This document shows, piece by piece, positions 1 through 8,048 of a stretch of 23,835 nt of DNA. The notes beneath the pieces were generated by a model. It was not told where the DNA came from, did no database searches, and saw only the letters and a program-made list of their open reading frames with translations. The stretch is from Pseudomonadota bacterium (GTDB taxonomy: Bacteria > Desulfobacterota > Desulfobacteria > Desulfobacterales > RPRI01). How positions within the stretch are numbered: position 1 is the first letter of the stretch; each line of letters begins with the position of its first letter. The position numbers and the translations under genes are program-made. Location: assembly GCA_043825875.1 (NCBI GenBank), contig JBDRRF010000026.1:1-23835 (forward strand), read 5' to 3'.

Positions 1-207
1 TTACAAGGTGATGAAAAAGAAAAACGAGACTTGCTGATTTATTTACTATGGAAAACCGGCCAATTGTCAAACCAGGAAATCGGTAATCTGATTGGGCTTT
101 CCTATTCTATGGTTAGTCGCAGTGTAAAAGCAACGAATGACAAGATATTGTCTGATAAGGGCTATAGGCGACAGTATCAAGCTGTAAGTTCAGAATTCAA
201 GGTTTGA
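1..207 (+). CDS. 3' end of RAYT-like HUH/Y1 transposase, copy 1 (truncated by window start)
   Basis: Frame 1 reads LQGDEKEKRDLLIYLLWK...SSEFKV*. Matches 5745-5951 with 7 mismatches in 207 nt. Absent from the ORF track. Confidence 0.93.
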   Translation, partial: LQGDEKEKRDLLIYLLWKTGQLSNQEIGNLIGLSYSMVSRSVKATNDKILSDKGYRRQYQAVSSEFKV

Positions 208-252
208 CCCTAAATGTATAAGTTCAGAATTCAAGGTTTGACCCTAAATGTA
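185..252. repeat. Perfect 34-bp tandem duplication of the RAYT right end plus flank
   Basis: TAAGTTCAGAATTCAAGGTTTGACCCTAAATGTA at 185-218 and 219-252. Confidence 0.95.
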
Positions 253-354
253 CACAGCATGATTTTGATACATTTTTAGGGATGGGGGTTTTTAATTTAA
301 AAACTAGTGTGCTTAATAATGGAAAATTTATACAGTATAGAGGCATGCCATAAT

Positions 355-984
355 ATGAAAAACATAAATATTTTCAGAAAAGGTATTTTATTGATGATAT
401 TGCTAATTCTAATATTCTCTGGATGCCACAGCAAAACAGTTTCGACCTCAAATGAATTCAATCTGACCAATGAAGAGATAAAGGAGTTGAAAATAAAAGC
501 AAATCAGGGGGGCATTAATGCGGCAGAAAAATTAGCTAATTATTATATATTTGTAGATTATAATCTTGAAGAGGTTGTTAAATATTTAAGAATTGTTGCC
601 GAAACAGGTGATACCAGTGCCCAATACAATTTAGCATACCATTTGTTGATACCATCAAATGATTCAATCATGCGTAAAGAAGGAGTTTATTGGCTAAGGA
701 TTTCAGCTAATTCAGGTGAGCAATATGCTCAAAAATATTTAGCAAACTTATATGAAACAGGAGATATTGTTGAGAAAAATTATTATAATGCGAAATATTG
801 GTATGAAAAAGCTGCAATATCAGGTAGTAGTTATTCAGTAGAAAAGTTGGCTGAATTCTATTTGGAAGGCATCGGATGTGACCGTAATAAAATTAAAGCC
901 TATGCCATATTATCATTTGTTCAGCAATCAATTGAAAAGACCTCAGCCCATTACAAGGAAATTGAAAATAAGAAAAAAAAATAA
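355..984 (+). CDS. Sel1/TPR-repeat lipoprotein, possibly frameshifted near the C-terminus
   Basis: Signal peptide with lipobox FSGC from ATG 355. Sel1 motifs AQYNLA, AQKYLANLYETG, YWYEKAA, LAEFYLEGIG. Stop falls right after an A9 run (973-981). Confidence 0.85.
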   Translation: MKNINIFRKGILLMILLILIFSGCHSKTVSTSNEFNLTNEEIKELKIKANQGGINAAEKLANYYIFVDYNLEEVVKYLRIVAETGDTSAQYNLAYHLLIPSNDSIMRKEGVYWLRISANSGEQYAQKYLANLYETGDIVEKNYYNAKYWYEKAAISGSSYSVEKLAEFYLEGIGCDRNKIKAYAILSFVQQSIEKTSAHYKEIENKKKK

Positions 985-1097
985 TATTATCAGAATCTGA
1001 AATAATTCAAGTCAAGGCAGAATTAATAAAGATAGAAGAAATATACAGGGGGAAGTATAAATGATATTCTAAACTTCTAAACTTATTTATCATAAAC

Positions 1098-1138
1098 CAG
1101 CGGTTGGAGATTTACTTCTTTAACCGCTGTTGTTTTTT
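1098..1138 (+). terminator. Intrinsic terminator after the Sel1 gene
   Basis: Stem CAGCGGTT (1098-1105)/AACCGCTG (1122-1129) followed by TTGTTTTTT. Confidence 0.65.
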
Positions 1139-1218
1139 GGGTGGGCGGTCGGGAGAATGATGAAATCAGCCCAGCCGCAAACCTTATTATTCAAGCCTTG
1201 CCTGGCGGGCTAAATGCC

Positions 1219-1247
1219 ATTTTACATAATTACGCGTTATCGGATGT
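1219..1247 (-). other. dif-like XerC/XerD site 1 (left arm of long hairpin)
   Basis: Minus strand ACATCCGATAA-CGCGTAA-TTATGTAAAAT: XerC-like arm, 7-nt spacer, XerD-like arm. Confidence 0.55.
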
Positions 1248-1291
1248 GCGCTACCTTTGAGGATTAAGAGTAAGCGTTTAATTAACTACAC

Positions 1292-2878
1292 TCATAGAGC
1301 AAAGTCGATAAGTTTTTTCTGGTCGATTTCCTGGGGCAGCAGCTTTTCATAGTCAGCAGTAGTTTTGGCAAGTGGCAGGTAATTAAATATGTATCGCAAA
1401 TAACTGTACGGCTCCAATCCGTTTGCTTTTGCTGTTTCTATCAGGCTGAAAAATATTGCACTGGCTTTGGCTCCTCTTGGATGGCCTGAAAACAGCCAGT
1501 TCTTTCTGCCGAAAACAAACGGGCGTATCGCGTTTTCAGCAAGATTGTTGTCAGGTTTCAGCCTGCCGTCTTCTATATAAACAATTAGCTTGCTCCATTG
1601 ATTGAGAGTATAACTCATAGCTTGTCCAAGTAAACCTTTTGGCGGGGTTTGAGAAATTCTCTGATCAAGCCATTTTTTAAAATCATTCAGTATGGGCTTT
1701 GATTTTTCCTGGCGGAGATCATAAATCTGTTCAAAAGAAAGATTGTTGGTTTTTGCATGTTTTTCGATTGCATACAATTTGCTGATGAAATTTATAGCCA
1801 CTTCTGCACTGCCGGTCTTTTGTTTTAAATTTTTGTTCTTTTGGCGGGCTTTGATAACTTCTGCAAATTTTCTGCGTGCATGTGACCAGCATCCAACAAG
1901 AATGATACCGACTCTCCGGCCAAGAGCATCATAGCCTGAATACGCATCTGTCTGTACATATCCATTGTAGTTGCCAAGAAAATCGTCCGGGATCTTTCCT
2001 GACCTTGACGGGTGATATTGATACATCAGCACAGGTGCGTCAGGAGGTCCTCCACGAAATACCCACATATATGACTTGCTTGTGTTGCTGCGGCCAGGTT
2101 CATTCAATACCTGTACCGTTGTTTCATCAATATTGATCAAAGGTCCTGATCTGATTTGCTGTTCCAACAGTTCTGCAAGAGGCTGGCATTTCTGGGCTCC
2201 TTGCATTAGCCAGTTAGCCATTGTTGCACGGGATATATCTATGCCTGTTCTGGAAAATATCTTTTCCTGTCTATACAAAGGCAATGCATCGGCAAATTTT
2301 GATATCACAATATGTGAAAGCAACCCTGAAGTTGCAATGGATTTAGGTAAGATCTGTGCCGGAACAGGGGCTGTTTTTACCGCTCCTGTGTCAGACTCAA
2401 TACCTTCACATTTTTTACATGCATATTTAAGCCTGATGTTGCGTATCACTCTGACTTTGGCCGGTATTATATCCAGCTTTTCCGATACTTCCTCTCCGAT
2501 TTTATCCATTTCGCAGCCACAGGTACAGACTTTTTCTTCATCGCTTAAATCATGGATAACATCGACCCGTGGAAGATTTTGGGGTAAAGGCTTGCGGCCA
2601 GTCTTTTTCCTTTTGTGTGAAGGAATAACAATTGTTTCTTCTTCCGCAAGTTCTTGCTCAACAATTTCTTCCAATTCATCGAACAACTGAAGCTGCGTAT
2701 CATCAATATCAATATGTTTTTCTGATTTCCGGCCAAATAGTTTTGATCTGAGATATCGATTTTTTTCTTCAAGAAATTGAATACGAAGCTGAAAAAAATC
2801 GATCGTTTTAGATTTTGAAACAATGATTTCTTTAAGTTCGTCAATACTGTCCGGAAGTTGTTGTGCGCTCAAACTCAT
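1292..2878 (-). CDS. tnpC: IS66 DDE transposase TnpC
   Basis: LFGRKSEK, zinc finger CTCG...CKKC, IDETTVQVL, QTDAYSGY, CWSHARRKF, DNNLAENAIRP, GRKNWLF. Confidence 0.97.
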   Translation of the reverse strand: MSLSAQQLPDSIDELKEIIVSKSKTIDFFQLRIQFLEEKNRYLRSKLFGRKSEKHIDIDDTQLQLFDELEEIVEQELAEEETIVIPSHKRKKTGRKPLPQNLPRVDVIHDLSDEEKVCTCGCEMDKIGEEVSEKLDIIPAKVRVIRNIRLKYACKKCEGIESDTGAVKTAPVPAQILPKSIATSGLLSHIVISKFADALPLYRQEKIFSRTGIDISRATMANWLMQGAQKCQPLAELLEQQIRSGPLINIDETTVQVLNEPGRSNTSKSYMWVFRGGPPDAPVLMYQYHPSRSGKIPDDFLGNYNGYVQTDAYSGYDALGRRVGIILVGCWSHARRKFAEVIKARQKNKNLKQKTGSAEVAINFISKLYAIEKHAKTNNLSFEQIYDLRQEKSKPILNDFKKWLDQRISQTPPKGLLGQAMSYTLNQWSKLIVYIEDGRLKPDNNLAENAIRPFVFGRKNWLFSGHPRGAKASAIFFSLIETAKANGLEPYSYLRYIFNYLPLAKTTADYEKLLPQEIDQKKLIDFAL

Positions 2879-2933
2879 AAAACTTACATACTACAACTGG
2901 AAGACTTTATAAAGTATTTTCTTTAAAAAAATG

Positions 2934-3284
2934 CTATATTAATGTAGAATATGAAAGTTTTTTATGCCCACGAATCTGATGAAATTCTAATCCGTCAAGA
3001 AGCCAGTTTAGTTCTCTTTGACCAATCCTTAAAATTTCATCTTTTACTTCCGGCCATATGAACTTTTGTTTTTCAAGCCGTTTGTACCAAATACAAAAAC
3101 CATTTCTATCCCAGTAGAGTATCTTGATAATATCACGTCTGCGATTACAAAAAACAAACAAGTGTCCTGAAAAAGGATCAAGATCAAGAGAATCCTCAAT
3201 AAGAATGGAAAGCCCGTTAATTGATTTACGCATATCAGTATTGCCAAGAGCAAGATATACCTGAGTATGTGATGGAAACATCAT
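2934..3284 (-). CDS. tnpB: IS66 accessory protein TnpB
   Basis: TDMRKSINGL, LFVFCNRRRDIIKILYWDRNGF, KRLE. Confidence 0.96.
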   Translation of the reverse strand: MMFPSHTQVYLALGNTDMRKSINGLSILIEDSLDLDPFSGHLFVFCNRRRDIIKILYWDRNGFCIWYKRLEKQKFIWPEVKDEILRIGQRELNWLLDGLEFHQIRGHKKLSYSTLI

Positions 3285-3601
3285 CAGGACTCTAAAACCC
3301 GCAGCAGTTTAATAAGAGTAGCGGATTCAAATCCGTTGCAAATCTCTATCCGGTATTTATCATAGACTGTCAGGCATATTGCCGCAGATGGTTTGAAAAT
3401 ATCAGCTTTCAAATTTAAAGGAACAATTGAGACCGGTGCTTTAATATATTTTTTCTTCCAGTAATAAAATGATTTGATAGATAAATTGTGAAGTCTACAA
3501 AAATTTGCCTGAGACAGATCACTCTCCTCCCATGCTTTGATATGCCTGCGCCATTGACTACGCTTTATCTTAATCTGGTCTTTTATAACCTCATCTGCCA
3601 T
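3284..3601 (-). CDS. tnpA: IS66 accessory protein TnpA
   Basis: WRRHIKAWEESDLSQANFCRLHNLSIKSFYYWKKK HTH motif; first gene inside the IS66 ends. Confidence 0.92.
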   Translation of the reverse strand: MADEVIKDQIKIKRSQWRRHIKAWEESDLSQANFCRLHNLSIKSFYYWKKKYIKAPVSIVPLNLKADIFKPSAAICLTVYDKYRIEICNGFESATLIKLLRVLES

Positions 3602-3700
3602 GCTAAATCCTCCTTGTGAATTTTGGAAGCATCATGGCATAGTCTGAATTGTTTGTGAAGATGGGGTTAATTAAGCGCTTACGATTAAGATTGACAGCGC

Positions 3701-3729
3701 ATGTACGATAACGGCCAATTATGTAATGC
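3701..3729 (+). other. dif-like XerC/XerD site 2 (right arm of long hairpin)
   Basis: ATGTACGATAA-CGGCCAA-TTATGTAATGC, inverted relative to 1219-1247. Confidence 0.5.
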
Positions 3730-3806
3730 TGCACTTTGGCATGACAGGCAGGGCGTTAAGATGACAGCGGCTACCTTGTTTATAAATCAGATCAACATCC
3801 TTTATT

Positions 3807-4064
3807 TTATTCATAGTGATACCGGCAACTGATGATTGTAATGATTTCTTTTTCGACTTTATATACCAGCCGGTGTTCTTTGCTGATTCGTCTTGACCAG
3901 TAGCCGGATAATTGAAATCTCAACCTTTCAGGTTTGCCGATACCATTTTCAGGATCACGCAGGATGTCTTTTAAAAGCTGTTTGATCCGTTTTGCCAGGC
4001 GTTTATCCTTATTCAAAAACCATTCAAAATCCTTCCAGGCTTCCTGAGTAAAAAGAATCTTCAT
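3807..4064 (-). CDS. yoeB: Txe/YoeB-family toxin
   Basis: GIGKPERLR...LSGYWSRRISKEHRLVY...SCRYHY. Confidence 0.95.
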   Translation of the reverse strand: MKILFTQEAWKDFEWFLNKDKRLAKRIKQLLKDILRDPENGIGKPERLRFQLSGYWSRRISKEHRLVYKVEKEIITIISCRYHYE

Positions 4065-4318
4065 AAGTCCTCTATAGAAAACTCAACAAATTTACCGTCT
4101 TTTACTTCCTTTAAAGATTTTTCAAGATGCGCCCGGTTAGCCGGTGAACTTAACAGATAGGCTGTTTCTTCCATAGCCTGAAAATCATCCAGAGAAACAA
4201 GAACTGCCTGTTCTTCAGACTGGCTACCGACAATGATTGCCGGTTCCGAGTTTTTGCAGACATCCTGAATCAGCTCACGCAGATTTTTTTTTGCATTGTT
4301 ATATGTTATTGCTCTCAT
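4061..4318 (-). CDS. yefM: Phd/YefM-family antitoxin
   Basis: MRAITYNNAKKNL, AVLVSLDDF, ETAYLLSSPAN. ATG 4318 with AGAGGT RBS. 4-bp overlap with the toxin. Confidence 0.93.
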   Translation of the reverse strand: MRAITYNNAKKNLRELIQDVCKNSEPAIIVGSQSEEQAVLVSLDDFQAMEETAYLLSSPANRAHLEKSLKEVKDGKFVEFSIEDL

Positions 4319-4331
4319 AAATTTACCTCTT

Positions 4332-4706
4332 TTATGCTGCATGCTCGGCAGTATTCTCTTTTGTAACAAGATTCATTATTTTTTTCTTGGTCAGCATGGA
4401 GTCAATCACCCTGATCAATGCTGTCTTATCTTCAACATCAAGTGAATCTATAAGCTTAACCCTTTCCATCAGCTCTTTATTTTCAACCCTTACTTCCTTA
4501 AAATCTTCATCCGTATCACTGATAAGAAAATCGATAGATACATCAAATGCGCTTGCAAGCTTTTGCACAACATCCAACGAAGGATTATACTTGCCGGTCT
4601 CTATCCGGTTGATGTGAGACAGATGAGACCCTATTTGCTCGGCAAGCTGGCTTTGTGACCATCCTCTTTTTTTTCTCAATACTTTTAAGTTTTTTGCAAG
4701 ATTCAT
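4332..4706 (-). CDS. XRE/Cro-C1 HTH repressor, RstR-like
   Basis: HTH LRKKRGWSQSQLA...IETGKYNPS...VSIDFL. C-terminus ENKELMERVKLIDSLDVEDKTALIRVIDSML resembles CTXphi RstR as I recall it. ATG 4706 with GGAGGA RBS. Confidence 0.88.
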   Translation of the reverse strand: MNLAKNLKVLRKKRGWSQSQLAEQIGSHLSHINRIETGKYNPSLDVVQKLASAFDVSIDFLISDTDEDFKEVRVENKELMERVKLIDSLDVEDKTALIRVIDSMLTKKKIMNLVTKENTAEHAA

Positions 4707-4828
4707 CTTTATCGTTCCTCCCTGAATTTTCATTTTTAAATAAAATAACACAATTAGATAAATATAACAACTTTTTTAGCCTTGATGTGGTAATATGGCT
4801 TGACATATTAGGCTAATAAGCTTATGTA

Positions 4829-4995
4829 CTATCGGGGTCAAACCTTGAAATATGAACTAACTTGACAAATTGATATTTTATTTATAAAAACAATTTATGG
4901 CACGACAATATATGCTATCGGGGTCAAACCTTGAAATATGAACTAACTTGACAAATTGATATTTTATTTATAAAAACAATTTATGGCACGACAAT
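4829..4995. repeat. 81-bp direct duplication of the RAYT left end, promoter region and first codons
   Basis: 4829-4909 = 4915-4995 (CTATCGGGGTCAAACC...ATGGCACGACAAT), separated by ATATG. Confidence 0.95.
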
Positions 4996-5953
4996 GGCGC
5001 ATAGAATACCCGGGAGCACTTTATCATGTGATGTCCCGGGGAAATGGCAGTCAGGATATTTTTCAAACAGATGATGACCGGACGCTGTTCCTTGAATTAA
5101 TAGAGGAATTGGCAGAGCGATTCAATATTGAAATCTATGCCTATGTGTTGATGGGCAATCATTATCATCTGCTGTTGAAAACAGTTGAAGCGAACCTATC
5201 CAAGGCCATGCAATGGTTCGGTACGACATATACCCGCAAATTCAATCTGAACAATCACACCAGTGGTCATCTTTTCCAAGGCCGGTTTAAAAGCATCATC
5301 GTGGAAAACGACGCTTATCTCATGCGGTTGTCCTGCTATATCCATCGTAATCCACTTCGAGCAGGAGTTGTGGTTAGATTGGCGGATTATAAATGGAACA
5401 GTTATCTATTTTACGGTTATAAAAAGAAAGGTCCGGACTGGTTAAAAACCTCAATCATACTGGACTATCTTTCAGCATCCGACCCGCACAAGGCTTACCG
5501 CAAGAAAATGCAGGAATATGCTGAAGAAAACCAAAGTGTTTGGGAAGATGTTAAGCATGGGTTGATTTATGGCGGTCAAGAATTTGTAAAAAAGCTAAAA
5601 GACCGATTTTTAGCAAATGAAAAAAATATTGAGTTGCCTCAACATAACAGTCTATTCAGGACATTTGCACCGGAATTGCTATTCGCAAAAGCAACAGAAA
5701 TCCTAAAACTTGATGTGGAAATGGTTCGAAATAACAAGAAAAGATTACAAGGTGATGAAAAAGAAAAACGAGACTTGCTGATTTATTTACTATGGAAAAC
5801 CGGCCAATTGTCAAACCAGGAAATCGGTAATCTGATTGGGCTTTCCTATTCTATGGTTAGTCGCAGTGTAAAATCAACGAATGACAAGATATTGTATGAT
5901 CAGAGCTATAGGCGACAGTATCAAGCCGTCAGTTCAGAATTCAATGTTTGACC
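4921..5953 (+). mobile_element. RAYT-like element bounded by terminal inverted repeats
   Basis: Left GGGTCAAACCTTGAAATATGAACT (4921-4944). Right AGTTCAGAATTCAATGTTTGACC (5931-5953) overlaps the stop codon. The copy-1 right end (187-210) is a 22/24 inverted match to the left end. Confidence 0.75.
4983..5951 (+). CDS. RAYT-like HUH (Y1_Tnp, IS200-related) transposase with C-terminal HTH
   Basis: YHVMSRGN, YVLMGNHYHLL (HUH), GHLFQGRFKS, YIHRNP (catalytic Tyr); C-terminal LSNQEIGNLIGLSYSMVSR HTH. Confidence 0.93.
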   Translation: MARQWRIEYPGALYHVMSRGNGSQDIFQTDDDRTLFLELIEELAERFNIEIYAYVLMGNHYHLLLKTVEANLSKAMQWFGTTYTRKFNLNNHTSGHLFQGRFKSIIVENDAYLMRLSCYIHRNPLRAGVVVRLADYKWNSYLFYGYKKKGPDWLKTSIILDYLSASDPHKAYRKKMQEYAEENQSVWEDVKHGLIYGGQEFVKKLKDRFLANEKNIELPQHNSLFRTFAPELLFAKATEILKLDVEMVRNNKKRLQGDEKEKRDLLIYLLWKTGQLSNQEIGNLIGLSYSMVSRSVKSTNDKILYDQSYRRQYQAVSSEFNV

Positions 5954-6016
5954 ATAGGTGTATCTTTATTGTTATGCGAGAATTTGAACAAATAGAATAC
6001 AGAAGGAAAACCAACA

Positions 6017-6886
6017 ATGTCGGTCGCGACCAAACTCACCCTTACTGATAATCTGCCACTTACCTGTTCACGTTCAGGCACCTGCTGTCATGGCAAAACT
6101 GTCAGGCTGAACCCGTCGGAACTAGCGTGTCTGGCTGAAGCAAAAGGACTGACCCCGAGGGTGTTTCGTGATAGTTACTGTGATTTTGGTGGCATCCAAT
6201 TGCGTTTTGATGGTGCACCCGGTTGGAGACAGCAGCCAGCGTGCAGCCAGTATATACCTGATTTTGGATGCAGCGTGCATTTGGGGCGCCCGTTGGCTTG
6301 CCGGTTATATCCTCTTGGCCGCCAAAGGCAGGGCGAGGAACTGCACTACATCTACCAAGGGAGTGATTTGCCCTGTATGGAAGGGTGTCCGGAAGTTTTA
6401 GATTTACCTCAATTGAGTGTCGCCGCCTACATTGAAGGACAGGCCACAAAGCGCTTCGAAGTTGCTCAGGATGAATATCTCGAACTTATGCAAAATTTAG
6501 CTGATATCGCTTTTGCCCTTCTGCTGGAAAGTGGTTTGGCCGAATCGGGTGACAGGCAGACATTGCGTCTTTGGCGAGAGATGGGTAGTGAAGAGCCCAA
6601 GCAATTGCATGACAGGCTTGCTCCCGAGTGGATCGATCTGCTGATGCTCCCTGAGTTAACGGATGGCTTAAATGATCCCATAGCTTTTTCTCGCCAGCAT
6701 CACGATCTACTTCTATTGAAAGCTCAAGAATCATTTAGCACACTGGACAATCTCACCGATTTCTGCAAGGCATCAGAATTATTAATGGGACTGGCGCTGC
6801 ACCTTGGCCGAGGTCTGGGCGCAAATCCTACCGAACTGGCCGAACACTGGATCAAGACTGCAAAAGAACATGGGGCGCTTGAATAG
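6017..6886 (+). CDS. YkgJ-family cysteine-cluster (CxxxxxCC) protein
   Basis: CSRSGTCC, CSVHLGRPLACRLYP; visibly more GC-rich than its flanks. Confidence 0.85.
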   Translation: MSVATKLTLTDNLPLTCSRSGTCCHGKTVRLNPSELACLAEAKGLTPRVFRDSYCDFGGIQLRFDGAPGWRQQPACSQYIPDFGCSVHLGRPLACRLYPLGRQRQGEELHYIYQGSDLPCMEGCPEVLDLPQLSVAAYIEGQATKRFEVAQDEYLELMQNLADIAFALLLESGLAESGDRQTLRLWREMGSEEPKQLHDRLAPEWIDLLMLPELTDGLNDPIAFSRQHHDLLLLKAQESFSTLDNLTDFCKASELLMGLALHLGRGLGANPTELAEHWIKTAKEHGALE

Positions 6887-7197
6887 CGGCATCAAGATGG
6901 GGAAACAATAGAGGCAGTATTTGGAAGAATTTGTCTCAAACCTTGAATTGTGATTTAGATAAGAATTCTACAACTGATGTATGTTTGTGCTTCTTAATCA
7001 CAATTTAAGATTTGACACATTTTTACTCTTTATTTAAAAAAAGACGTTAATTCTTTTTTCAACCTAATTGCCCAACCACACAGTTTCAGCAGATGAACTG
7101 CTGAACTGGAATGTAAATATAAAGGGTCAAAAATAGACTTGCTCCATCGAAGGCTGCTGTGAGCATCAATCAAATGATTGATAACGAGGAGTATGGC

Positions 7198-7923
7198 ATG
7201 AGCGTGAACTTCGAAGAACTGGATTACCAGCGGACGGCTCTTGGTGAATTGACTCTGCGGCGGCGGTGTGTGTTGGAAATGGGCGGACGTGAGGTATTTG
7301 AGGTGAAACTCAATGATGAATTCCTCATGTCGTCTTTGTTTCATGAAAGCGAAGTGGCGCTGGCTGATCGCGGTTTGTCAGGGCTTGCAGGCGAAAAATG
7401 GGATATTGCGGTTGGAGGATTGGGCTTGGGCTGCACCGCGGCGGCCGTTTTGAAATATAACCAGGTCGCGCGAATGCTTGTGGTTGAGGCGTTGGCGCCG
7501 GTGATTGATTGGCATCAACGAGAGCTTGTTCCCAACGGCGCAGTACTTTCGAAAGATGTTCGATGCCGGTATTACAATGAGGATTTCTTTGCACTCGTGC
7601 GAAGAGATGGTTTTGATCCTGATGACCCGGGGCACTTGTTTGATGCCATACTTCTTGATATTGATCACACACCTGATGCCCTGCTTAATCCAGGTCACGC
7701 AGATCTTTATTCGGAGGAGGGAATGATACGCCTGCGAGCATTTCTCAGGCCGGGGGGCGTGTTCGGATTGTGGTCTAATGACCTCCCTGACAAGGGATTT
7801 CTGGACATTCTGTCCAGTGTGTTCGATCAAGTTGATGGACATGTCGTTGAGTTTGAAAATCCAATTCAGGGCAAAACAGTGGAGAATGGGGTATACATCG
7901 CGAAGGTTGAGAAAAGTATTTAA
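7198..7923 (+). CDS. Spermidine-synthase-like SAM-dependent methyltransferase
   Basis: VGGLGLG, VVE, FDAILLDIDHTP, LRPGGVFGLWS. ATG 7198 after GAGGAG. Confidence 0.85.
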   Translation: MSVNFEELDYQRTALGELTLRRRCVLEMGGREVFEVKLNDEFLMSSLFHESEVALADRGLSGLAGEKWDIAVGGLGLGCTAAAVLKYNQVARMLVVEALAPVIDWHQRELVPNGAVLSKDVRCRYYNEDFFALVRRDGFDPDDPGHLFDAILLDIDHTPDALLNPGHADLYSEEGMIRLRAFLRPGGVFGLWSNDLPDKGFLDILSSVFDQVDGHVVEFENPIQGKTVENGVYIAKVEKSI

Positions 7924-7964
7924 CCGGAACGATTTAGCTAAAGCCCTACCGTTGGACAAGACAA

Positions 7965-8021
7965 ACATAACAAACAAAGACTACGGCCACGTAAACGCGT
8001 CGCAGATTTGAAACGTGATCA
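7965..8021 (+). other. Degenerate attC-like hairpin
   Basis: ACATAAC...CAAA/TTTG, CT/AG, CGGC/GTCG, CGT/ACG pairings. R' reads GTGAT rather than GTT. Confidence 0.35.
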
Positions 8022-8048
8022 TTTTATTCCTTGACTAAATAAGGCGGT

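Larger units (their letters stand above)
1270..3682 (-). mobile_element. Complete IS66-family insertion sequence (2413 bp)
   Basis: Ends GTAAGCGTTTAATTAAC and GTTAATTAAGCGCTTAC (16/17 inverted). Perfect 8-bp TSD GATTAAGA at 1262-1269 and 3683-3690. tnpA-tnpB-tnpC order. Confidence 0.97.

Noticed and set aside
185..252. CRISPR array from the 34-bp repeats
   Set aside because: Two directly adjacent copies, no spacers, no cas genes; the sequence is the RAYT end
1219..1247. The chromosomal dif site itself
   Set aside because: Spacer is 7 nt rather than 6 and it has an inverted partner; better read as part of a folded att-like site
1743..3253. Overlapping ORFs inside IS66 (1743-1934, 2076-2690, 2545-2844, 3044-3253)
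   Set aside because: Shadow frames of tnpC/tnpB with no recognisable motifs
7081..7110. Hairpin CAGTTTCAGCAG/CTGCTGAACTG as a riboswitch or terminator
   Set aside because: No U-tract and no riboswitch consensus that I recognise
7919..7957. Third attC (TTTAAC...GTTGGAC) at the methyltransferase stop
   Set aside because: Too short and lacks pairing L boxes; at most a remnant
7030..7977. Minus-strand ORFs 7030-7344, 7325-7672, 7378-7977
   Set aside because: Antisense to the well-supported methyltransferase, no motifs
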